From Hormiphora californensis (taxonomy: Eukaryota; Animalia; Ctenophora): a stretch of 64,000 nt of DNA. The stretch lies in the NCBI GenBank assembly GCA_020137815.1, contig CM035353.1, positions 7,254,001 through 7,318,000 on the forward strand, in the 5' to 3' direction. The notes beneath the pieces are model-generated. The model saw only the letters and a list, made by a program, of their open reading frames with translations. It did no database searches and was not told where the DNA came from. This document shows positions 41,201 to 54,204 of the stretch, one piece after another (the first letter of the stretch is position 1; each line of letters begins with the position of its first letter). The translations under genes and the position numbers were made by a program.

Positions 41201-41937
41201 TCCTCGGAGTGAAATATATTTTGCGTTCGTATTTCAGCAAAAAGTCACGTCATGCGAGGGTGAAACGAGTCGAAACGATCGAATTAAAACAGTTTTCATC
41301 AAGTTCAGCAAATGGCTTGACTGATCAAAATAACGAAACGAGAGAAAATGTGGAAATTTACGAAGAACCAGATGTCGAAGAAGATGTGGTTATTGATGAA
41401 GGAGCAGATTCGGTTTTTGATAAAGGAGTGGATGTAGTTATTGATGAAGGAGCAGATGTGGTTACAAATGAAGGAACAAAGGTGGTTATTGGTGAAGGAA
41501 TATATGTCAAAAAAGATCATGGATTACGCTTCTTCTTTTCATCTATTCGCTCTAGAAAACCACTCCATCGAGAGCAAGTTATTGATGAAGGAACAGATGC
41601 GGCTTTTGATAAAGGAGTGGATGTGGTTATTGATGAAGGAGCAGATGTGGTTACCAATGAAGGAACAAAGGTGGTTATTGGTGAAGGCACAGATGTCAAA
41701 AAAGATCATGGATTACGCTTCTTCTTTTCATCTATTCGCTCTAGAAAACCACTCCATCGAGAGCAAGTTATTGATGAAGGAACAGATGCGGCTTTTGATA
41801 AAGGAGTGGATGTGGTTATTGATGAAGGAGCAGATTCGGTTTTTAACGAAAGAGTTGATACGGTTATTGATGAAGGAGCAGATTCGGTTTTTAACAAAAG
41901 TGTTGGTGTGGTTATTGATAGTAGATGTGGTTTCTAA
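38280..41937 (+). CDS. LDLa-repeat membrane protein with degenerate 7TM and repetitive C-tail; paralogue of the - strand GPCR
   Basis: Exons 38280-38322 (signal-like MWFVCANVCAIFTA), 38444-39212, 39346-41937. Shares C.NDP..FQ.CG, Q.NCTDP and LDLa blocks with the - strand receptor. Short hydrophobic helices lack CWxP and NPxxY. Confidence 0.8.
41380..41925 (+). repeat. coding 24-bp (VIDEGADV-like) repeats organised in a 189-bp higher-order tandem
   Basis: GATAAAGGAGTGGATGT recurs at 41419, 41608 and 41797. Confidence 0.9.
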
Positions 41938-42300
41938 TGAAGGAGAAACTAAATATGAAGACCCTAGCATACTACATTTTACACATTGTGCTTAGCTTTG
42001 AATGCATTCTGTTTGTCATCAATCATTACTTATCGTCTATCGATAGCATCTATATTTACTTGCTGTATCATTTTCTTGTTGTACTCTTTTGTGGTTACAT
42101 AATTACTATTTAGTGCAAAGAATTTGTCAAAATCTCTCCCCTGCCATAATGCGATGGTAACGACTAACGCTCCTATTCAAAGCCACCAAAGTTGTAGGTA
42201 CCCCCGGCCCCGACCCCCGTTTGCCTCTTTCTTTACAGATGTAAAGGAGGGTTGGAATATATGTGTTATAGCAACCAATCCCGCTGCACGAACAACCCAC

Positions 42301-43113
42301 TTATTCCAAACAAGTTATTCTGGAGAAATACCTCCGGCATTCATCATCAACATATGCTTGTAGAGAACATAATAGTAACCTAAGTCTAACGACGAATCTT
42401 TAAAAAGTACCTTCATCAGTGGTTTTGCAGATCGGGACATCACATTTCAGCATTCGAGGTGATGTACCATTGCCGTTGTAGCACCACAAGTACAGCTCCT
42501 GATCAGGATTTCGACAGTAGTTGTGATCACCCATACCAAACTCTGGGTATAACTGAACGGGGAAGGATGGTTTGGGCCTTGGGGAGGATTAATCCCTGCA
42601 GCATTATATAACTGCACAAGAAAAATATTTTACTTTAGAACTTATACCATTAAAATTGCCAATTAGTTGGCATTTCTGTTATAGAATTAGAAATACACGT
42701 ACGTACATTAATTTAAATACGTACATTAATTAAAATATATTTAACTAATTTAACTAAGAATTATGAATCTTATGAATGAACAAGCGGATATGTTGTGATA
42801 CCCAGGAGTCCATAAATACAATACTAACTGAAATAATGTGGTTGTTGGGGGACTGATCCGTCCATTTTTGGCATGTTCTTCCATCCTTACCCTTGGCCAT
42901 CGTCCCTCGATAATTCAACCCCGCCAGGTCACCCAACTCCCGACACTCTGAACAATCGGTGATTTAATTAACTAACTGATGATTGTTCAGTGATTGAATC
43001 ACTGAACAATCATCAGTTAGGTAAATGTTTGCAGACCTCTTACCTCTCTTACCTTTTGGTTTTCCAGTTTGTATAACAATAACTGCACAAGCAATCAACG
43101 CCAACAGAAGCAT
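42301..43113 (-). CDS. signal peptide plus kringle domain exons (5' end of the GPCR, or a stand-alone mini-kringle protein)
   Basis: Exons 43113-43053 (MLLLALIACAVIVIQTGKPK), 42947-42829 and 42552-42411 ([18 protein letters not shown]) end in phase 1. That fits either a short terminal exon 42356-42301 or the exon at 37916. Confidence 0.8.
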
Positions 43114-44389
43114 TGTCTGATTGTCTGAAAGCGTAGCAAACAAGATGTCAAAAAAGATAAACTTTTGAAGCGGGTTATGGTGATTTATATAGCTATATCA
43201 AATCGAAGAAGACAATAACATCCAATGGTGGGCAAGCTAGACAATTAGAATCTCAGCAGAACTTCTGTGCCATAACAAGAGGCCAGCTGTGATTCGCCCG
43301 GCTGCAATTTCGCTAAGGTATCGCGGACTCAATATAATATAATGACCGGAGAGCTCAACAAATAGCGACTACTTGTAAAGATGGACTAAATATACTCGGC
43401 TCTAGTTCTAGAATCTAGCCAACCAAATCGCGGACTCAAATCTCAATATATAATGACCGGAGAGCTCAACAAATAGCGGCAGGATCAAGTCTTGGAGCTA
43501 TCTTGAAAAACTCTCTTGATTTGCTTACTGAAGAGTCGGGGAAGGATACGGACGCTGAGGAAATGTTTGTCCCTGAGTCACTACCTGTTACCCCGTGTAC
43601 TCAAGATCTAAGCTGTGATGGAACAATGATGATCAGTGAGACGCCGCCTGTTCATGATTGTACAGTGTACACCCCCTGTTCATGATGGTACACCCTACAT
43701 TCCAGCTGCTGTTCCCAAAGGTAAGAAAATACAATTCATACTAGTGTAATACTGCTTATAATTCATATTTTTATCTGTGTAACTGCATTTAGTGTTTCGA
43801 GTCATCGAAAGCTTTTCCTTTCAGGAAAATCGAAAAAAAAGAAGAGAATCAAGCGAGCTCGAATCCCGGCCCAAATGTCATCCGAGTCTGGGTTAGAAGC
43901 TGAAGAAGTTGAAGTAGACACAAAAATAAAATCGACAAGAACAGTGCCTCGAGATATCAGAAAGAATGAATTCAAAGCCATGTTAGAAGTGGAAAAAGAA
44001 AAAGTGGAGGCACTTAGGGACATCACAGAAATGCTGATGGTTATATATCAAAAATTTTTTTAAAAAATTATATTTTCTATTTGAAAATTGCTTGTATAAA
44101 GTTTACATTATATGCCATAGTAAAAACTAATCGATCACAATGTACTCGTCATCATACAAGATCATACACTAGCCCTGAAGAGCTGGTCTTTGGAGTTTGG
44201 TGTCATGTTCACATGAGCCGTTATTGTTCAATGGTGGTCACGTGACTAGAATATCATTGGTTGGCAACACCCATGTGACATATTTGGGGTGCGTGAGCTT
44301 TTTTCCTTATTGCAGTTTCATGACAGACAAATTCCATAAAATGGTAAGAAAAAAAGATAATTAGTTTCCTAAAGAGCGTTCATGACCGT

Positions 44390-44785
44390 TCAGAATCACC
44401 GAGAGGGGCTTAGTCTACCAACTGTACCGCAAGGAGACAGATGCTAGACTGTACTTACAAACACCTGGAGGACTTGAAGCACGATTTAGTGAGGAGTGGC
44501 CTTGATATGCCAATATTGGAGGAGTTGGAACCTTCTTTATTGCCCACGAGAAATTCAAGGTTACCGAGTCAACGAAAATTCATATAATTTTAGAACATGT
44601 GGTGCCTTTCATCGAACACACGGACACTCCACTTACCACTAGCCCAGTACTCCGAGCAAGAGCTCGAGAATACCCATCACACGTTTGTGTGGGAAAACTC
44701 GTACAAGGTGAAAAACATTAACCTGCCATCATATGGCCCACAGCTTTTGAAAGCTGTGTTAGACTTCAACTCAACAAACATCTAG
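44390..44785 (+). pseudogene. degraded Transib/RAG1/Chapaev-related transposase C-terminal fragment
   Basis: STKIHIILEHVVPFIEHT..PLAQYSEQELENTHHTF..WENSYKV across a small frameshift: an HxxxxH motif followed by SEQ..E..H. Confidence 0.5.
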
Positions 44786-44889
44786 TTATAAATTTTCCAA
44801 GTTGTTGTAGTTATATAATTTATAAGCAAAAGAAATTGTTCATGATGCAGTGAGATTGATCTATGATTAATAAATCTATGAGCTATTTA

Positions 44890-45046
44890 CAGTCGGACCC
44901 CGATTTACCGGAACCCCGATTTACCGGGAGGGTGAACTTCCCCCGATATAGAAAATTTACGGTATTTCACCCCGATATACCGGGCACCCCGATTTACCGG
45001 GCAAAACCCTTTCCCCCGAGCATCCCGGTAAATCGGGGTCCGACTG
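44890..45046. mobile_element. CAGTCGGACCCCG MITE copy, TA TSD
   Basis: Same family as 30512-30683. Confidence 0.9.
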
Positions 45047-45459
45047 TATTACGTAATAATTTAACATAATATATAATCAAAGAAACCCCTAGATAGAAGT
45101 GTAATGGAATTATTAATTGGAAAATGCATTGTACTTCAACTTCTCTCATCTCTTGTATGTTGCTCTTATCAATCGCGATCGAATAGTAAGATAACACACC
45201 GATCATGAGGACCGCATCGCAGCAACACCGAGAGACTGGGCCGCCAGGGCTGGTTGCCTATTTGTCAACCATGCCCTCTGATACCTCATACCACCCTGGC
45301 ACCCACTCCTATACCAGGTGAGGTATACCTGCTGACCGACAGAGAAACACGACTACTACATAGGAACGAAATGAAGGAGATATTGCACAGAGATAGGGAA
45401 GAGGAAGCAGATACTACCACTGCTATAGACACTTTAAATGAGAAATCTGCAATAGACTA

Positions 45460-48946
<3,487 letters not shown>

Positions 48947-49195
48947 TATTTAATTGATGATGTAGATGAGTTGATCAGCGCCATGACACTGTCTATCATG
49001 TCTACCCCTACAGGGTGACCCGCTACATACCCGGGTTAATTGATTATATAAGTAAGGATTTATTTATTATAACTTTTAGCGGCAAGAACATCCACGCTTT
49101 TTATAGCGGGCGTCTTGGAACCCTAAACTTTTTCATGCCGGCATAACACACTTTTTTATTGGCTCACAACACAATTCCTTCTTTAACTCTTCCGA

Positions 49196-49427
49196 ATGGT
49201 CCAAAACTACAAGCGACAGGTATTCCTCTGAGGACCTCAAAACAGCGATTACTAAATGTCATACCGGGGTTATTCACCTCTGTAGTAACCATTATTAAAT
49301 TCCATACTCTACGCTAAATAAAGGAGTGGGCCAACTGCCATACAGAGGGTACTGGACCGACCAGGAAATCGAGGAGGAGTACACGGAGACAGCTCGGAAG
49401 TTAGAGGAGAGTCACCGGAGAGTTTAA
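49196..49427 (+). pseudogene. possible pogo/psq-type HTH relic
   Basis: MVQNYKR..YSSEDLKTAITKCHTG...IPYSTL, broken by a stop and frameshifts. Confidence 0.35.
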
Positions 49428-49933
49428 TTTGTAAGATTTAAGTGTATATTTTATTGATTCATGATTGTTTATAGAAACCACGGATTCAACCACTCGGAAA
49501 ACTCTGGGAATCTAAATAGGGGTCAACTCTTAACTAACAAAGGAGAGGTGCCCTACTGGGAGAGGAACTACCCACTTGCTAGCCCAACCAAGATTAGCCC
49601 GAGGACGAAGGGCACCTACTGGGGAATGGCGGTAGAGAGAATATGGCCACCTTCCAACCGACTGAACCACACACAACGACTATACCTACATCCAATCCTA
49701 AGACAGATATAAATACTAACTCACTCGTAATTATCATAGCAAAAGTAGTAATACTCCTAGTGAGTGAGATTAGAATGTGGTATGGAGACCCGGAGATATA
49801 TACGCCTGTTCCTTCCTCTAAGAGGCCACCTTCTCCTACCTAACGTTTGCAATTTATGTACAATAACTCTCACATTTAGTGTTTGCCAATCAATGATTGA
49901 AGACATGGTGAGTTTGTTGGTGGACGTGTATGT

Positions 49934-50001
49934 TGTATTTTTACTCGTCACTCTATTGGGGGCCTTATAAGGCCCCCAATAGAGTGACGAGTACAAATAC
50001 A
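49934..50001. repeat. loopless palindrome
   Basis: TACTCGTCACTCTATTGGGGGCCTTA|TAAGGCCCCCAATAGAGTGACGAGTA is perfect over 49942-49993. Confidence 0.95.
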
Positions 50002-53000
50002 CAATAAATTAAACTACAATAAATATTGCTCGAGATGGTGTTCATCTGAATAATAATCTAAACGGATCTGATTTATAATGACATTGTTTGATATGGTGTA
50101 TATCACAACAGTTTCACTCGGTGGCTCCGGTGTAGCGGGCAATGAAAAGAGTACGTGTTGTCAGATTCGTGGTGGAAGTCCAACTTTTGAGTGGGAAGGA
50201 TGTTGGATATGCGCGTGTGATCCTTTATTCTCACACTGACTGAAACCAGATTGAGATCAGACTCTATCAGCTGTAGAAGCTGAAGCTTTGTTGTTTTTTG
50301 TTAATCATTTATATCTGTGTAAATAGTTATTAACCCCTGCCTATCTTTTATGAGCATCCTTCCATGACAAACCAGTAGTCGTCCTTGTCCTCCATACAGC
50401 GCAACAACATATATTGCGATGATAAGATTAAATTTGTTCGTGTTTCGCATTATTACAATTTTATCAATTTTTTAAATTGTTTTTAGATTCTCGTATGCAA
50501 TCTTTTGTACTGTTTGGTTTCTTTTGTAGCATCTTTTCTGTTTTAAACTATCTTTATCTGTTTTCTTTCTTTCCCCTCCTTTTTCCCTTCACCACAGAAA
50601 AATTCACATGTTTCTTTCTTCAAATGGGTAACCCATTCAAAGCACCATTTTCACGGGACAGCTATGTTTGTCTTGGAATGGCAACAGCCAATATCGCATT
50701 CTTTTCATATGGAATGTCATTTTTCAAAGTAATTCACTCGTTTCATGTTATGTATGCTAGCATTTGTTATATTTATATTCTAACCTTCTTTTTACATTTT
50801 TCCCAAGAGAGGGTCGAGAGAGGGTCGAGCTAGACAAGCTAGCGTTTGGTTTGATGTCTTTTGTTCTTTCAGATTTTCTATTGTTCATTATTTTCGATCA
50901 GTCATTTTTACTTTTTATCATCTTAGTTGTTGACATTTTTTAATATTATCGATTTTCATCATGTTTTTGTATCCCACATCTTCATTTTGTGGGCCGGGAA
51001 AAGACCCTCGGTACTAGGCTTCCCTAAGTGAAAATTGAAATTCATTATAAAATTTTCGGTCAATTTGTATCGAAAAGAGAACACAAAAAGAAAATTTTTG
51101 GCGAAAATATCAAGTCATGGGTCTTCCTGGTTGCGCGCCGACAGGCGGAAGTAAATGACAAGTAAATTCTAAGACAAATAGCGCTGCCACCTAGAGTTGC
51201 ACCATCCTCGAAGAGTCCGACTCCATTATCCTCCTCGACCATCACTCCACCATTATCTTCTTCTTCCCCAGCAATTATTAATGCGGTACCCATTATACCA
51301 GCACCGAAACATGTACGGCCCGGTAACGATACAACCACTGCTACCGGCATCGGTACCAGCATTCTCAGCGACAAGACCCCCTAAAGGTCGTCCTGCAATT
51401 CCTATCACTGAAAAAGCCAGACGGCTGCAAGTGGCGGCAGACTTCAGGATTGGGTATACAGTACCCTCTGCGAACGAGGAGTTGGAGCTATTGCAAAAGG
51501 ATTACAACAGTTGCATTGCCCCAGTAATCTCTGCAAGAAGACTGCACACAGTGCCACTACAATTAGTGTAATCCCGGTATCATAATAAGTAATCATAATG
51601 TAATATTATTAGTGTGTCATACCCTATTACTTGGGTTACTGCCTAGTGCCTACTGCACTATGTGGTAACAGGGGTGAACCAATGAGTTAGAGTGAGTCGG
51701 CGACAAGTACTGTAACTAGAGTTAGTGTGTTTAGGAAAGTCAGAGATGCAGGGAGTAGTTCCGACCAGTTCGATTTTATCCTTCCGTCTATTTTGCACCA
51801 CCAAGTTCTGTGTTTTATAAAAGTCTAAAAGGGTACCTAAAAGCCCGCTGACGGAGAGCATTTGGAACCCCCGGCGGGACTTCATACACCAGTGAGACGC
51901 ACCTTCCTTACCGAAGCTATTTCCCATCCATCTTTGCATAATTTTGCTGTTTATCAATTTTATAATTATTAATTAGTTGCCCACAGATACAACAGGTTAC
52001 TTTATTTTCAGATGGGTTTGGATACAATGGATCAGCAAACTCCAGACCGGTCCGTACCTCCTGCACCACGTCGAGATGCCTCTACAACCACGCCTTTCAA
52101 ATACCAAGCTACTTTAGACTCTTTGACTGAGGAGCAGAAGGCAGCAGTTCGTGCGTACACCACCATCACCATGTGCAAGAAGCCACGTCATTGGCTGCGG
52201 TCATGAACTCAGGAAGAACACTTCAGTGAATCCCTCAGCATATCAAAGTACTTTGCTAAGAGACCAGTCATGTTTCCAACACTTGAATGATATGATATGA
52301 CTTATCCTCGACCGATTTAGGATTTTTTGGGCCATACAGTGATTGCGGATAGCGACAAGATCCGGTTTTTCTGTTCATACTTGCCCGACAAATTAAACAG
52401 ACGTCTCTCGCAGCAGCCGGATGTAAAAGCTAGGGAGGTATCCTGGGAGGAGTTTCAGGAGCGAGTGAAGGAGGCCGTGATGATTATGACACAGGAGACT
52501 GGGCGGCTGGCTAGAACCAAAACTGAGAGACGGAAACAGTTGGAAGGAGATCACTGAGAGACATGCCGATGAACTGTTTCAACTTGCCAAGAAAGCCTGG
52601 CCCAGGGATGAGGATCATGCTGTCCGAGAGGTGATGCTGAAAGATATTTTAGCTAACGGTGCCAAAGTGGAGGAAGTAGCTGTTTACATTCTCCAGCATG
52701 CAGATACTAAAACATTCAACACTGGTTCATGACGCAGATAATGGAGTCGTCTACAGGGGGTCAGAGCTGAACTGAAATCAAAAAGGGATGTGGAGGTAAA
52801 CGTCCTCAGGGTCCAACAACAACACCTACCGAGCGAGGAACCAGATCCCTACCGACCTGTTGAAACAAGATTACTATCCCTCTGTGCAGTATGGAAACGG
52901 ACCCCGGCCCTCTTACTACTACAATCGAGATCATCAAGGTACGGACCGCGTCAGAGGAGGAGGAGGAGGAGAGCCTCGCAGATGCTGGAACTGTGATCGC

Positions 53001-53088
53001 CCTGGCCATATTGCTCGGAACTGCCGGAGCCCACGTCAACAACAAAACCGGTACCAAAACAATCATGCCGGTACCAAAACAATCATGC

Positions 53089-53406
53089 TAACTCCTTCAA
53101 ACCCCGTCCTGCTGGCATCTCCATCAAACCTAGATCTCCCAAACCTGTTTCCTAATTCTCTTCAGCTCGGATCACCTCTTCTCCTTCCCGTGGATCACCT
53201 CCCCCATCCCCTCCTCTCGGATCGCATCTTCCTTCTCGGATCTCATCCCTTCCTCTCTCCTCCCCTCCCCGGATCCATATCCTCTTCTCCACTACATCAA
53301 CACTTCATTTTCATTGTTGTTATAGCTGAAGACGTCTGACATAGATCAGTCGAAAGCTCCTGTTCTTAATTGAATATTAGTACTGCAAAATCGTTGTTTC
53401 TCTTTA
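53089..53406 (+). mobile_element. Penelope-like pLTR fragment inserted in gag
   Basis: Flanked by AACAATCATGC repeats; gag resumes in frame after it; contains a hammerhead motif. Confidence 0.6.
53322..53363 (+). ncRNA. minimal type I hammerhead ribozyme
   Basis: ATAG-CTGAAGA-C-GTCTGA-CATAGA-TCAGTC-GAAA-G-CTC-CTGT: core boxes CUGANGA and GAAA, stem II, a CUC cleavage triplet, and stem I ATAG/CTGT. Confidence 0.7.
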
Positions 53407-53565
53407 ACAATCATGCACATAGGGACCAATCTCACATGTTAGGGTACCAAGTCTATAATGATAGGTGGGGGCAGCCCATGGGAAATCACCAAAATTATCC
53501 AGATCACCACACTACGCACAGTCCCCACATTTCTCAAAATACCCAGGCCCCGCTTGGTAATGAAA

Positions 53566-54124
53566 TTCCCCCTCTGCGCTAGCTCACGGAGGGGTAATAA
53601 TATCGCTTGTACGGCGGGAAAAAAATTCCTGTGTCCAACTACAAAACAGAAATTTCTAATTTTTTGAACATACCGAGGAAATTGTCTGAGCTACCATTAC
53701 ATACCGGAATTTTTCGATATTTTGGCCATTAACACGTTTTTTGTTTTGGAAAACTATGAAGATGCTGGAATTTGGCTACAAAAACCTTCAGAAATGTGCA
53801 AAATGCCATTCCAAAGGTATTAGAGGTGGATTCATTGATAACTACCTATAGTCGAGTCAGAAAAAAATTCCACAAGATTGGAATTTTATGCCCATATAAG
53901 GAGTTATGTCGACACACCTTGCTTTTGTTAAACATGTGGTGTAACGCTACCGGTCGTTACTTTCTGTAGAATTCAGGTCCTGGTTCCTATACAAACTAGT
54001 TACCATAACGTTTTAGATAGGTTTTAGACAAGTTTTCAATAACTTTTATGAGAAGGTCCCGTAAATTTTCATTTTTAGGTAGGCGGTATTGTCACCCCTA
54101 TATGCAATAATAGGGGTGACTTCG
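53566..54124 (+). mobile_element. Helitron/Helentron-like non-autonomous insert in gag
   Basis: 5' hairpin CCCCTCTG..CGGAGGGG, 3' hairpin GTCACCCCTA..TAGGGGTGAC, no TSD. Removal at an A|T site restores the gag frame (GNE-I-TKAPQG). Confidence 0.55.
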
Positions 54125-54170
54125 TAACCAAGGCCCCGCAAGGTAGTGATCCTCAATCTGCACGTGTGTC

Positions 54171-54204
54171 AAAAAACTAGAAGATCCCTCTCTCGGCGAG
54201 AGGG
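54171..54204 (+). promoter_or_regulatory. -1 programmed ribosomal frameshift signal at the gag-pol junction
   Basis: A AAA AAC slippery heptamer in the gag frame, then TAG; hairpin CCCTCTC-TCGGC-GAGAGGG 8 nt downstream. The -1 frame is open into the protease motif. Confidence 0.85.

Noticed and set aside
41441-41995. 184-aa Met/Lys/Glu-rich ORF
   Set aside because: Alternate frame of the receptor's coding tandem repeat.
43300-44063. Short acidic/basic ORFs and a ~45-bp direct duplication
   Set aside because: Possibly transposon accessory debris, but I could not support a gene model or a family.
51060-51542. Pro/Ser-rich frame cut by the Gypsy 5' LTR
   Set aside because: Contains a stop and a frameshift and has no recognisable motif; cannot be assigned.
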